A stretch of DNA of 64,000 nucleotides from Macrostomum lignano (taxonomy: Eukaryota). A program made the position numbers and the translations under genes. The stretch lies in NCBI GenBank assembly GCA_002269645.1, contig NIVC01000414.1, positions 124,001 through 188,000 on the forward strand. Direction: 5' to 3'. Position 1 is the first letter of the stretch, and each line of letters begins with the position of its first letter. This document shows positions 1 to 25,611 of the stretch, one piece after another. The notes beneath the pieces are model-generated. The model worked only from the letters and a program-made list of their open reading frames with translations. It was not told the origin of the DNA and ran no database searches.

Positions 1-482
1 TGTCCAGCCAGGGTCCCAACGCTGACAAATGACCATGCCTATGTATACAGTCTTAACGTCCACAGAGTCCTCCTTCAGTGGCTTCCTTGGCTTGGACCAA
101 AAAGGTTCGGCAAACCTAAGGAAATTAAAGTTGCGCTACGGTTGCTAGGCTGCATTGACGGCCCAACTAATTCTGTTTTCTTGTCTGCTTTTTTGGAGAA
201 GAATGAAGAAGGAGGAGGAACTGTTGCAGACCTGAAGGATGAATTGCTTTTTGTAGGCACCGCGAAACTGCCCCAGCTGGAGTCTGGGCTCCGGTGTAAG
301 ATGAAGCTGGGAAGGAAGGTACGGCGTTTTGGAATGACAGGCTACTAATAAATCATTGGGGCACTTGATACAGCTTTCCTCTGGCTGCTTCTGGCTGCTC
401 CCTGCATGTGCGGCGTCTGCTGGTACTGCAGTTAGTTTTCAGGGCGATGCGGGAACGCAAAGTGCAACTTGACTTGGTGGGT

Positions 483-642
<160 letters not shown>

Positions 643-1409
643 ATTTACTGTCTCGTCAATAGCCTATTTTATTGTCTCGTCAAATTTTACAATCCTATTA
701 GGTGACCCAGCAGTCTCAGTATTCATATGGACTAAATGTATCACAAGAAACCCATAAGCCAAACTTACAAAGCGCCTTCAGAATCGGCCCAGTTGTCTCG
801 ACCAAAACTTCTTTAGAAGATTTTGCTTCGAAGTTGACCGTTCAGAATTGAATTGCTTCTACTCAAGACGGTCCCATAAACAATTGCAGTAGCTTAACTT
901 GCACCTGACATCGAGCTTTGTTTAACAAAATAGTTTGTTTATAAAAAAATCTGATGCAACTCTCTGTCTCTGCAGCTGAGTCTGTATTTTCTCTTTCCTA
1001 TTATTCTTTCAAGCTTTTCTTAGAACCGTTCGGCCGACAATTGAGACGGAGGGTGGGCGTTGACGAAGGGCTGAGCACACAGATGGGGGTGGAGGCTGCA
1101 GCAATCTGGAGAGTGTCGGGTAAGCCAGCTAGAGGGGGGAAACTCGCCGAGGATTCAAATTTTATTTGTTTGAAAAAGCCAGCAGGGGTCGCGGCTCGGC
1201 ATGAGTGGCTATTGCTGCATTGCAACCTGTAGCCTAGTGGGCTTTGGCAGGCACTTTATTGGCTGGACAAGCCCTGAGCCAATGCCGGTGTAGCTGCTAG
1301 AGGGGGGGGGGGAAAAGCAAGATGCACATTTCTATCCACTCTTATGAACAGCGATTGAAGCTTTTAAAATTTGACAGCGTAGGTTTTTAAAAATAATTTT
1401 TGCTTCTCG

Positions 1410-2600
1410 TTGGCTTCAAAATCAGTGTACATATCTTCTGACCTAGGGTTGTGTGGTCTTTGGGGGGTAGGCTCCCCCGGGCTCCAAAATCAGTGTACAT
1501 ATTCTCTGACCTAGGGTTGTCTGGTCTTTGGGGGGTTGGCTAATTCGGGCTCCAAAATCAGTGTACATATTCTCTGACCTAGGGTTGTCTGGTCTTTGGG
1601 GGGTTGGCTCATTCGGGCTCCAAAATCAGTGTACATATTCTCTGACCTAGGGTTGTCTGGTCTTTGGGGGGTTGGCTCATTCGGGCTCCAAAATCAGTGT
1701 ACATATTCTCTGACCTAGGGTTGTCTGGTCTTTGGGGGGTTGGTTTTCGCGAGCCCCAAAATCAGTGTACATATCCTCTGGCCAAGGGTTTGTGATCTTT
1801 AGGGGGTTGGCTCCTGCGGGCTCCAAAATCAGTGTACATATCTTCTGGCCTAGGGTTGTGTGGTCTTTGGGGGGTTGGCTTCCCCGGACTCCAAAATCAG
1901 TGTACATATTCTCTGACCTAGGGTTGCGTGGTCTTTGGGGGGTTGGCTCATTCGGGCTCCAAAATCAGTGTACATATCTTCTGGCCTAGGGTTGTGTGGT
2001 CTTTGGGGGGTTGGCTTCCCCGGACTCCAAAATCAGTGTACATATTCTCTGACCTAGGGTTGCGTGGTCTTTGGGGGGTTGGTTCATTCGGGCTCCAAAA
2101 TCAGTGTACATATTCTCTGGCCTAGGGTTGTCTGGTCTTTGGGGGGTTGGCTTCCCCGGACTCCAAAATCAGTGTACATATTCTCTGACCTAGGGTTGCG
2201 TGGTCTTTGGGGGGTTGGTTCATTCGGGCTCCAAAATCAGTGTAGATATTCTCTGACCTAGGGTTGCGTGGTCTTTGGGGGGTTGGCTCATTCGGGCTCC
2301 AAAATCAGTGTACATATTCTCTGGCCTAGGGTTGTCTGGTCTTTGGGGGGTTGGTTCTCGCGGGCTCCAAAATCAGTGTACATATTCTCTGACCTAGGGT
2401 TGTCTGGTCTTTAGGGGGTTGGCTCATTCGGGCTCCAAAATCAGTGTACATATTCTCTGACCTAGGGTTGTGTGGTCTTTGGGGGGTTGGCTTCCCCGGA
2501 CTCCAAAATCAGTGTACATATTCTCTGACCTAGGGTTGCGTGGTCTTTAGGGGGGTTGGGTCCCGCGGGCTCCAAAATCAGTCCACACATCTTCGACCCT
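1410..2600 (+). repeat. 68-bp minisatellite, ~17 copies
   Basis: Unit CTCCAAAATCAGTGTACATATTCTCTGACCTAGGGTTGTCTGGTCTTTGGGGGGTTGGCTCATTCGGG. Confidence 0.95.
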
Positions 2601-3645
2601 GGAACTGTAGCGTTTAAAGGGGGTGAGGGGTTGGCACTTGCGGTCCCCCAGTCAATGTACATATCCTTGATTCCTCTTCCCTCAAGTTGTAATTTGTGGG
2701 GTTTTAAATGGTAGGCTTTATGGACCTGTAAAAAGAAACAAATAAATCAATATAAAATGTGCACTTATCAATATTTGCCACCCCTCTCACAGCTGTCCAA
2801 GTTATATACACAAAAACTCTAGAAAGTACATGCAACTTGAAAATATCAGTGACAATTTACCAGTAAGACTGGATTACTACAAATGCCTCTAGGACAACGG
2901 AATAAACAGATTCGCCAATAGAAGGTTTAAATTTAGCAGCTAAAAGTGTAAAGTTCAAATAAGGGACAAAAGCTGACACTAAATGCATTCCTTTTTTAAG
3001 GGGCAAAAAGTTATCGATTTTTCCGACTCAATTAACAGCTTGGGCCAAGGCCTTCTTAAACTCTCCCCTAATGAGTTTCAAAATCGAAAAAGTCCAGGCA
3101 GTATGCGGACTGTTGCAGCAGTACTTCTTCCCTATCTGTGCCGCGCTTTACTGACTCAAAAAGAGACGGCTAAGAGAAGACACTTGAGCATGGCTCTTAC
3201 CCGTTATCTGACAATGGCATCGGTGGGGGGGGCAGCTTCTATCCAGCAGCATGCTACCTGCTCTAAAACACAGTCAGACCAACCTTTCGGGTAAGATGCT
3301 TATCAGTGAGCATTTTGCTTTGTGGCAAGATTTTTTATCCTGAATTCTTTTGTAGATATTTCAGCTGCTCAAGAAGATAACAAATGGAATTATTAGAATT
3401 ATTCATTGTTTAAAACGATATTCAAAATTGCAATAAAAGAAATAACAATAAAAGGAGCAATAAAATGCAAATATGAAAGTAATTTTGAGCACACTTCGAC
3501 GGCAAGCTATACTGTTTCAAGCCATCACGAAGTTGTGCGGAGAAATGCTCATTGACACTGAGCTTGCTCTGCAGGGCCCGTGTCTGCGCTCTGCAATTTG
3601 TTCTAATTAGCTTGCTTTCTTGCAAACTTTGAACTTGCATCTACA

Positions 3646-4272
3646 TGCCTCTCTGCCTCTCTGCCTCTCTGCTTCTCTCCCTAGCCCTCTCTGCTTCTCT
3701 CCCTCTCTGCTTCTCTCTCTGTCTCTCTCCCTCTCTGCTTCTCTCCCTCTCTGCCTCTCTCTCTGTCTCTCTCCCTCTCTGTCTCTATCCCTCTCTGTCT
3801 CTCTCCCTATCTGTCTCTCTCCCTCTCTGTCTCTCTCCCTCTCTGTCTCTCTCCCTCTCTGTCTCTCTGCCTCTCTCCCTCTCTGTCTCTCTCCCTCTCT
3901 GTCTCTCTCTCTCTGTCTCTCTCCCTCTCTGTCTCTCTCCCTCTCTGTCTCTCTGCCTCTCTCCCTCTCTGTCTCTCTCCCTCTCTCTCTCTCTCTCTCT
4001 GTCTCTCTCCCTCTCTGTCTCTCTCCCTCTCTGTCTCTCTCCCTCTCTGTCTCTCTCCCTCTCTGTCTCTCTCCCTCTCCCTCTCTGCTTCTCAGCCTCT
4101 CTCCCTCTCTGCTTCTCAGCCTCTCTCTCTCTCTGCTTCTCAGCCTCTCTCTCTCTCTGCTTCTCAGCCTCTCTTTCTCTCTCCCTCTCTGCCTCTCTTC
4201 CTGTCTGCCTCTGCCTATCTCCTTCTCTCCCTCTCGGCCTCTCTCCCTCACTCTCTCCCTCCCTCTCTCTCT
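3646..4272 (+). repeat. Degenerate (CT)n/CTCTGT/CTCCCT pyrimidine array
   Basis: Almost purine-free plus strand. Confidence 0.95.
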
Positions 4273-4959
4273 ACAATCAGGTACTACTTACTAGCCCACG
4301 CATTTCGTCAAGCTACTGCTTCAGTTTTTCTTTGACTTTCGCCAAAAGGTCTTTCTCCTGATGCACATCATTAATAATTTAGCCCCCAAGCTTAATGGAA
4401 CAGTAATTGATGAAAAATTCTAAGTTTTTTTTCTACAAGATATTTGTTCTCTTAAAACATCTTTTCCAACGTTCTGCAGTACTGTCTACCACGGGAAAAG
4501 ATGCATGTACAGTCTGCTGTAAAACAGCCAGAAGCCCTTCATCAAGATCTATCTGTCTGAGCAGACTTACTCCTGCCTCATTAAAGGATTCGCTCTACCC
4601 CGGCTTGGAGACAACTTTCTCACAGAGGTTACATTCACTTCAGCTATTTATTAACTATTCAGACAAAAGGTCTGTGTTTTTCCTACAGACCTTTAATCAT
4701 GTTTTTGCCGGCACCCAATTTTTTGCTCTGAGATGCAGGGAGCTTTCTGGAACTGCAGCCGACTAGACTCTAATTAGCTAACTCTTGCTCATCTTTAAAA
4801 AGCTTCTCAAAGGCGACGAAATTTGTTTTAACAAGCTGGCTTAGATAAAAAGAAACATGGAATCCTGCATGCAGAACAATTGCAATTTAAAAACTATTTT
4901 TGTTCTATTTTGAGTCTTTTCGTACGTAGAAGACGCTACTTCAAAAGCACGTTTGACCT

Positions 4960-5063
4960 TCGCGTCACGACCCCTGGTTCGATTCCCGTGCTTGGCCTTG
5001 GGCACGAAAATTGGCCGGGGGTTCTCGTGCGATTTACAGTCATGAGGGCCAATCCCAAAGGCA

Positions 5064-5064
<1 letters not shown>
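4960..5064 (+). mobile_element. Possible SINE remnant (perfect Pol III B-box) running into a (GA)n tail
   Basis: GGTTCGATTCC at 4976-4986, followed by CCTTGGGCA and, ~80 nt later, a 640-bp GA array; no clear A-box. Confidence 0.3.
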
Positions 5065-5712
<648 letters not shown>

Positions 5713-7052
5713 TGATGATGTACACCCTGTGTGTCGACGCGCTTGCAAGTGCACAGGAGTGGGAGGAATGGGCAGGATTGCCTTCAGCGCTGGTTGTGGA
5801 ACGATGCTGCCCCCCAGCCCTCTTGAGAATATTGATTGCTTTCATGAGGCAGCTACTTGAAAATGTGCAAAATCAAAATTTATTGACATCAAATCATGGT
5901 ACTCCATGCTTGAAATGATTGAAACCGAAGCAGCCCAGTACAGAATATTGCAGAGCTCACCTTGGCTTTCAGAGTGCGTGTCTTCAGCGCATCAAGCCGC
6001 TGCAGGTCAGGTGGCTGAGTGACATTTTATTTAGAGTGCTGAAGATCTTCGAGCAGTCAAGATAAGACAGTTCTGGAGTTGGAACTGGACTCGCACTGGC
6101 TCCTGGGACTGAGTCACTTCCTCCTCGGGCAGATCCGTTACGCAGGGGGGTAAGCTGCTTATGTTTTAAAACCCTATAAATATACGTCAGGGCAAGTGGA
6201 GTCAGTGTGCCTGTCTGTCCAAGTATCAAGCTGATAGATCAATTCCAATCCATTTCATTTAGGCTGTCATATATAACTGCATGTGTGGCTAATTCCTATT
6301 CAATAAGGACTATATGATATGGCTCCGGGATTGGCTAGGATCTGGCAGTACTTAAGGATCTTAAAAAGCTGTCACTGGGTCAGGAGCTGCTCCTCTCAGA
6401 AGGAAACCCCTACAAAGGCCAAGGAGAGCTAGCACTAGAAACTGGATTGGCAACTCTTTCAAGATAGCGAAGTTTATCTGAATTTATTACAAACGTGGTT
6501 AAAACGACGCTCTCTAAAACTGGAGTTTCTTTTTGGTTCCTTGAAACTCTTGGAGCTTGTGAGGCCCATTGGGGGTGTTAGGATCCGTCTACTTTGCTTG
6601 CTCAAATAGCTTCTGCTGTACTCAAGTTCCCGACAAAGCCAGCAATGTGCATTGTCAGAGAAATTAACCACTTGGCTGCCAACGGGGAAGGAGTGACAGT
6701 GGGGTCAGAGGAAGGCTCTCAGACAAAGAGATTGATTATATCTCACACAGAATTTTTGCAGTGCATTGAAACAAAGCACTGGATAGTAAGGGGTATCCAT
6801 GCTGTAAATTACCCTGTCACTATGGTGTATTCAAGCTGTAAATTACCCTGTCACTATGGGATATCTATGCTGTAAACCACCCTTATCACTATGGGATATC
6901 CATGCATAAGTTATCTGTCATCATGCTGTATCCCTAAAAATATTGCAAAAAGAGAAACAACATCCAGAAGTAAGACCGAGAGTTGTTTGATTAATAAAAA
7001 ACTTTTAAAGATGTTATCAAATTTTTCAATCGACTGCTTCCACCCAGCTTCT

Positions 7053-17542
<10,490 letters not shown>

Positions 17543-17644
17543 CTGGGTGCTTGTTTGAGCTCTCAGCTGAGGTCTGTTAGGCTGGGGAGGAGATTCAAAA
17601 GGCCAAAATTTCAAAACACCTGAAGTTCACAAGGTGTAGATGTC

Positions 17645-18600
17645 CCCCTGTCTTCAAGTGTGTCACCCTGTCTAAGAGTGCGTCACTCTGTCTAAGACTG
17701 TGTCACTCTGTCTAAGACTGTGTCACATTATCAAGAGTGTCACCCCGTCTAAGAGTGAGCCACCCTGTCTAAGAGTGAGTCACCCTGGCTAAGAGTGTGT
17801 CATCATGTCTAAGAGTGAGTCACCCTGTCTAAGAGTGACTCACCCTGTCTAAGAGTGTGTCATCATGTCTAAGAGTGAGTCACCCTGTCTAAGAGTGAGT
17901 CACCCTGTCTAAGAGTGAGTCACCCTGTCTAAGAGTGTGTCATCATGTCTAAGAGTGAGTCACCCTGGCTAAGATTGAGTCACCCTGTCTAAGAGTGAGT
18001 CACCCTGTCTAAGAGTGAGTCACCCTGTCTAAGAGTGAGTCACCCTGTCTAAGAGTGAGTCACCCTGTCTAAGAGTGTGTCATCATGTCTAAGAGTGAGT
18101 CACCCTGGCTAAGATTGAGTCACCCTGTCTAAGAGTGATTCACCCTGTCTAAGAGTGAGTCACCCTGGCTAAGATTGAGTCACCCTGTCTAAGAGTGATT
18201 CACCCTGTCTAAGAGTGAGTCACCCTGGCTAAGATTGAGTCACCCTGTCTACGAGGGAGTCACCCTGTCTAAGAGTGAGTCACCCTGTCTAAGAGTGTGT
18301 CACCCTTTCTAAGAGTGTGTCACCCTGTCTAAGAGTGAGTCACCCTGTCTAAGAGTGAGTCACCCTTTCTAAGAGTGAGTCACCCTGTCTAGAGTGAGTC
18401 ACCCTGTCTAAGACTGTGTCACCCTGTCTACGAGTGAGTCACCCTGTCTAAGACTGTGTCACCCTGTCTACGAGTGAGTCACCCTGTCTAAGACTGTGTC
18501 ACATTATCCAAAAGTGTGTCACCCTTTCTAAGAGGTGTCACTCAGTCTTAGAGTGTCTCACATTGTTTTGCAGTGTCACCTTGTTCTAAAGTGTGTCATT
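17645..18600 (+). repeat. 20-bp minisatellite CACCCTGTCTAAGAGTGAGT
   Basis: ~45 units with degenerate edges. Confidence 0.95.
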
Positions 18601-18779
18601 TTTTTTAATTGTCTAGCCATATGCAGTATCCACATCTGCATGTATTGCTACAGTCTGCACTCTAACTGAACTAAAAGTCTAAGATCCACGATCTAAAATA
18701 CAAAAAAATCAAGCTATTTTTTTCATAGAAAAAGCAGCGCAGTTTCTAATCTTCTTAGAATCTTCTTAAAGCAACTCAC

Positions 18780-18895
18780 CAGCTTACGATCGCGACTCAA
18801 AGTTCAGACAGAAAGTCTCTCTAGAAACAGAAATATCTCTTGGTCGCCAGCGTCTCACAAATTTAGGTGAAAAATATTGTCATTGATTTTATATA
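18780..18895 (-). promoter_or_regulatory. Putative TATA box and non-coding first exon of the lectin-like gene
   Basis: Minus-strand TATATAAA at 18888-18895. A strong donor CTG|GTGAGT lies at 18780/18779 and an acceptor CTAACAG at 17574-17575, 31 nt upstream of the ATG at 17542. There is no ATG in the predicted leader. Confidence 0.4.
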
Positions 18896-19126
18896 AGCAT
18901 TTTCTCCCAGTGGCAGCTCGCATCAGGCCTGAATTGAATAAAGACAATGAAATCTCTTTCTCCAGCTTCCTGGTGCAGCTTCCTGGGAGCTTTTATTCCT
19001 GGGGATGAGGCTCTGACAGATTTTTTGTCACAGAAATTTTCCTGCCAAACTCAGACTCAGTTTTGTCTTTAGTAGCGGTTGATTGAATTCCAATTTCTAT
19101 TCATCGTATTTTTAGCGGTCTGCTTG

Positions 19127-19140
19127 GTTGTCATGGCAAC
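19127..19140. promoter_or_regulatory. RFX X-box-like palindrome GTTGTCATGGCAAC
   Basis: One mismatch from the canonical X-box GTTGCCATGGCAAC; about 230 bp upstream of the putative TATA box. Confidence 0.4.
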
Positions 19141-19294
19141 AGGAATAGAAACACTTGTCAATTCGCCGCACATTCTGATTGTCAAGACGTCACCATCAAT
19201 TTACCGGATTTGACTGAAAATTCTTGTTTACGGTGTTTTTTTTATGCGAGAAAAATAGAAAAACTTTTCAGCTTCCAAAATCATTGGATATGGC

Positions 19295-20447
19295 ACCTCG
19301 CGCCCCCATCACAGAATCCTTTGGCGCCCCATCGCAGACTTTTTTGGCGCCCCATCACTGAGTCTCCATTGGTGCCCCATTACTGAGTCTCCATTGGCGC
19401 CCCATCACTGAGTCTCCATTGGCGCCCCATCACTGAGTCTCCATTGGCGCCCCATCATTGAATCAATTGGCGCCCCATCACTGACTCCTTTGGTGCACCA
19501 TCACTGACTCAGTTGGTGTCCCATCACAGAATCCTTTGGCACCCTATCACTGAATCCTTTTGAGCACCATCACTGACTTCTTTGGCGCACCATCACTGAC
19601 ACCTTTGGCGCCCCATCACTGACTCCTTTGGCGCCTATTCACTGACTCCTTTGGCGCCCCATCACTGACTCCTTTGGCGCACCATCACTGACTCCTTTGG
19701 CGCCCCATCACTGACTCCTTTGGCGCACCATCACTGAATCCTTTTGCGCACCATCACTGACACCTTTGGCGCACTATCACTGACACCTTTGGCGCACTAT
19801 CACTGACACCTTTGGTGCACCATCACTGACTCAGTTGGTGTCCCATCACAGAATCCTTTGGCACCCTATCACTGAATCCTTTTGAGCACCATCACTGACT
19901 TCTTTGGCGCACCATCACTGACACCTTTGGCGCCCCATCACTGACTCCTTTGGCGCCTATTCACTGACTCCTTTGGCGCCCCATCACTGACTCCTTTGGC
20001 GCACCATCACTGACTCCTTTGGCGCCCCATCACTGACTCCTTTGGCGCCCCATCACTGACTCCTTTGGCGCACCATCACTGAATCCTTTTGCGCACCATC
20101 ACTGACACCTTTGGCGCACTATCACTGACACCTTTGGCGCACCATCACTGACACTTTGGCGCACCATCACTGACACCTTTGGCGCACCATTACTGACACT
20201 TTGGCGCACCATCACTGACACCTTTGGCGCACCATCACTGGCACCTTTGGCGCACCATCACTGAATCCTTTGGCGCACCATCACTGACTCCTTTGGCGCC
20301 TATTCACTGACACCTTTGGCGCACCATCACTGACACCTTTGGCGCACCATCACTGACACCTTTGGCGCACCATCACTGACACCTTTGGCGCCCCATCACT
20401 GACTCCTTTGGCGCCCCATCACTGACTCCTTTGGCGCCTATTCACTA
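19295..20447 (+). repeat. 23-bp minisatellite GGCGCCCCATCACTGACTCCTTT with an internal ~322-bp higher-order duplication
   Basis: ~50 units; the variant block GACTCAGTTGGTGTCCCATCACAGAATCC occurs at ~19506 and ~19828. Confidence 0.95.
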
Positions 20448-21074
20448 AATGAAAAAGTACAAAACAGCTGGCAAAGCAATATTCCGCAGAAGCATGCACA
20501 GATACTGAAAATCGGATGTTTCCCAATGAAACTCCAAAATTAGCGCTATAAGCCTATTTCATTCAATCAGGTCATGAGAAGTCCCGCATATTGGTAAAAT
20601 AGGATTGTATGGCTTCAGAGAGAAAGCCCGAGACCATGAGATGTGAGGTCTGCCTTCATTTCCTCAATCCTTCATGGCACATCATGAAAGGACAAGGCTC
20701 TTTCTGTTTTCTAATTTCCCAAATCCGTGCTTTCTACTTGATCATATAGTTATTAACTTATTTTGGCTCAAATCTTGTTTTGGCAAATCGAAATCATGCA
20801 GAGCAGGATCTCTGCTATTGCCCACTGCCTGCAATGCACTGCATGGAGAGAGCGTAGCGGGTCTCCCAGGGGCTTTTCCTATTTTCCATTCTTGTATCCC
20901 CTTTTCTCGTAGATTGAATAAGGAAATTGTATCAATGATGCAAATTCATCAGTCACAGACCGGATACAGGCAATAATTTTCGAGTTTCTTATTAGTAGCT
21001 TGTACATGTAACTTCATCATTGAGTTATGAAATCACAGCGGTCGATCCCATCCCCCCTCTTTCCAGTCTGTCCA

Positions 21075-21863
21075 TCAGTTGGCGCAGGAATTTCGACCTT
21101 TCTTCCCGTTGCCATGACTACGACGGCCCTTCCTGTCGTCGCCTGCCGCGCAGCTGGTCGACAGCCTGCCGTCTCCGCCGCCGTCGCTGACTCCGCACTC
21201 CTCCTCGTCAAGCGTTGGCAGCTCGGACGGAGGTGCCGAGCCTCCTCCGCTGCAAGTCGCCATGTCGTCCATCAGGACCTCCAGCGAGATCTTCTTGTAG
21301 GACTTGACGGGCAGGAGGCCGGCTTTGACGAGGCCTTGCAGGAATTCGATCTCCTCGCGGGCGGCTGGCGAAGCGCCTTCTGGCAGCTCGCCGAACAACT
21401 CATCGCGGGCCGACTTTCGCTTGCCGGTAGCCGAGGAGGAGGGCGACGCCGACTTCGGCTTAAACTTCGGCACCGCCGGAGTCGACGCGGATCTCTGGCG
21501 GTAGCGCTTAGCGTGCTGGCTCTGGTGCAGCTGCTGGTCCGCCTGCGGCACGTAGCAACGATGCGGCACTGCTGAAGATACCCTACGACCGGAGCTGCCC
21601 TCGGCTGCTGGCTTATCCGAGTCGCCGGTCGCTGAGCAGTTGCTCAACATCGACCTTCGACGAGGCTGATCGGTGGGCGGCTCATCGAATTTTTCGGACA
21701 TGCCAGGCGTTGACGCTCGGCTGTGAGGCTTTGAGACGTCCTTGGCTTGGTGTCGACCACTGCAGCTGCTGCTGTCTTTGTTGTCGTCCGATTTTTCCTC
21801 GGGATTGAAGCTCGGCCTGCGAGCTCGACTGCGGTGCCAGCGCTTTGATAGACAGTGACCCAT
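21075..21863 (-). CDS. Orphan 262-aa low-complexity protein with an N-terminal MGxCxS (myristoylation/palmitoylation-like) motif
   Basis: 789-nt GC-rich ORF in non-repetitive sequence, ATG start, MGHCLSK N-terminus. An acceptor CCGCAG|CAAATG lies 3 nt before the ATG, with a matching donor CAG|GTAAAA at 22180. No recognised family. Confidence 0.55.
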   Translation of the reverse strand: MGHCLSKRWHRSRARRPSFNPEEKSDDNKDSSSCSGRHQAKDVSKPHSRASTPGMSEKFDEPPTDQPRRRSMLSNCSATGDSDKPAAEGSSGRRVSSAVPHRCYVPQADQQLHQSQHAKRYRQRSASTPAVPKFKPKSASPSSSATGKRKSARDELFGELPEGASPAAREEIEFLQGLVKAGLLPVKSYKKISLEVLMDDMATCSGGGSAPPSELPTLDEEECGVSDGGGDGRLSTSCAAGDDRKGRRSHGNGKKGRNSCAN

Positions 21864-21884
21864 TTGCTGCGGGGCGGGGTGGGC

Positions 21885-22050
21885 TGTGTGTGAGTCAGTG
21901 TCTTCTGCTCAGGCACAGGTGGGTACTGTGTGTGAGTCAGTGTCTTTTGCTCAGGCACAGGTGGGTGCTGTGTGTGAGTCAGTGTCTTCTGCTCAGGCAC
22001 AGGTGGGGACTCTGTGTGTGAGTCAGTGTCTTCTGCTCAGGCACAGGTAG
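21885..22050 (+). repeat. ~42-bp tandem repeat, 4 copies, in the intron upstream of the orphan ORF
   Basis: TGTGTGTGAGTCAGTGTCTTCTGCTCAGGCACAGGTGGG repeated. Confidence 0.9.
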
Positions 22051-23059
22051 ATACAATGTAAATTGGTGAGGAGAACAGCTCTGTATAGTTTAGGGCCGCT
22101 GACTGACTTGATAGTTGAGTGCAGCTCGTACAAGTAGATAAGTCTAGTCACAGGCCAGGACAGCAGATATTTTATTTTACCTGCTAATTAATCGAGTTGC
22201 AGTGCGCGGCCAGTCAGTCAGTCAGCAGTGATTGCTTCCACTTCTCTGTTCATGAATTGCCGTGGCGAACGGGACTGACAGGCCTGCCGTGTCCGGGGCT
22301 CAAGACTTGCAGACTGCTTCCAGCCCACTCTTCGAGTCTCATATCGCATCGGACTTGCTCAAAGAAAGAGAGAGAGGAGGCTGAGCACTGGGCCAGGAGA
22401 GGAGATGTTTCGAGTCCATCCCTGCTGCTCAACCAGTCAGTTTGCAGCCCGGTCAGCTCAGGTGTAAGCATCGGAGAGTTGAGATCCCATCGCCATGCCC
22501 TGTCCAAGTTGGCGAGGACATTCTGAGAAGCAGTAATTACACGGGCAGGTGAGGATTACCACCTTCCCCCATCGCCTGCTGTGTCTGACGGATGCTGGCT
22601 GCCGGCTTGGGAGCAGCTCGAGCATAAAGTTGGCGTGACTGATCCCCAGCCTGCGCGGGGAGGCCGGGTTGGGAAGCTGCGAGCTGCATCACACGGAGAG
22701 GAAGAACTGCGGTCGGGCGAAAAAACTCTGTTCCCTGTCCGAGTGGCTGTTTATTTTGTTTTTCATATACATATCGCATCTGCCTGCAGCCAGTCTCATA
22801 TCTATTTGTGCCAGAATTGAAACCCAGGGATCACTGAGCACTGATCACTGAGCACTGATAATTGAGCACTGATAACGTGGGAGACAAAAAATGACAAATT
22901 ATTGCAGTACACACGGTTTCTTTTGTTTCTGCTCAAATAGACACTTCTTTAGGTTCTTAGAAAGACAGAAGCTATAAGACACACTAAAATAGACGTCGAC
23001 ACTAAGGAAGACAATAAGACAGAAGACAGACACTACGAAAGGCGCTAGGACAGACACTA

Positions 23060-24130
<1,071 letters not shown>

Positions 24131-25611
24131 GGATATTTGATGTTCTACTATAAAATGGTAAACAGGAATCAGTAATCTGATACTGCTGGTACACAAACAT
24201 CAATAGAATCATTATTAAAACTGGCTAATAAACTGCAAGTAGCTCTGGTTTGGAAAAAATTTAAGTCTTCATAAAAATTTTGATCAAACACAGGTGCAGC
24301 TGTATCATAATCCTAATTAGCAATTTTTAATCAGAATATAATTAGTTGAAATAGTCGCCACGGGGAGGTTGAAAAAAACCTAATTTGGATGGATCTATGA
24401 CGAAAATCCCACTTCTACGGATAATTTAATCTCAAATTGATGAGATGCGATAGATCGAGTCTTATAATCACTTCGGATGACAATCATTTTAATCAATTTG
24501 AGAGAATTTAATTACTAGAACACAGAATCGCCTTTGTATCAAATTCTTCACTCCATGCTGTTTTGTAAGATTTTGCAATTCCACTGATTATTTGGCTTCG
24601 ATTTCATGTACTTAAGTGTCCTAATTTGTCTACTTTAAGTAGCAATATAAGTAGTAATCGCACCAAGTGTAAAAAAGCTTAAGGTAAGATATTTCAAAAG
24701 ACATTTTACTTAGCGCAAATTGAATAATAAATAAACAACACAGAAATCATTTTTTGTTTGTTTGTCCAGTTTATTAACTATTCCAAGAGTACAGCCGAAA
24801 TAGTTTACACATGACGCACAGATGACACACGTTGGCTATTCAACATGGAGTGATTAAAAATAATAATAGATTTAAATAAACAAATAGTCACCAAAACAAC
24901 GGGAAAATATTTCTAAATTAACATTTTATAATTAAATTACAGAATTCAGATAACTGTGTAATGCGGGCAGCCTAGAAAGGACGAGACCTGCTTCCTGTAG
25001 CACTGATTCCTTGGATCTATTTAAAACAAAAACCGTAATTATTATTGAACATGAATATAATTTGTCTGAGAAAGAAGCTGACAGAAGGCAGGAATATTAA
25101 ACAATTTTTTATTCTCAATCTCTTTTTGTCTTGAAATGAGAAGCTTGCAAATTTACTAAAGTATGATGAACTACGTATTATATATGAAATAGGATTTTTA
25201 TCTTATAAGCAAGGAATTATTTTATTTACTCATGACAAATGCAGGCTTTATATGCATTAAGGCTAATTTATTATTATTAATTAGGTCAGATTTAGGACAA
25301 ATTTTCACAACAGCAAGAACACAGATTTAATAATGCAACTTTTTTAATCTTTGTTTTTTTCAAGTTGACACACAGGCAAACGAAGAAGGCAAAGTGAATG
25401 ATAGCTGAGTGATACTACTATTATTAACATCAATAGCATGTTGGTATGATTGAAAAATAAAACAAGATATACGATGAAAGCTACCAGCTGTGCAGGATTT
25501 ATTAACGATTCTATTTTTAGAATTTTAAAACATTTGCAGGAGTTTGTGTTGATCTCCAAATTAAAACGCATTTCGATGCTGCAGCCACAAGCGGAAGGCA
25601 GAGTTGACGGC

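Noticed and set aside
1-348. Open plus-strand frame ending at 348 followed by (GATA)n, possibly a non-LTR retrotransposon 3-prime end
   Set aside because: Only a vague resemblance (LQWLP...KRFGKP); no diagnostic RT motif within the window, so it cannot be supported.
4960-5040. tRNA gene
   Set aside because: B-box only; no A-box, acceptor stem or cloverleaf found.
21108-21121. Second X-box-like motif GTTGCCATGACTAC
   Set aside because: Weaker match, and inside a coding ORF far from any evident TSS.
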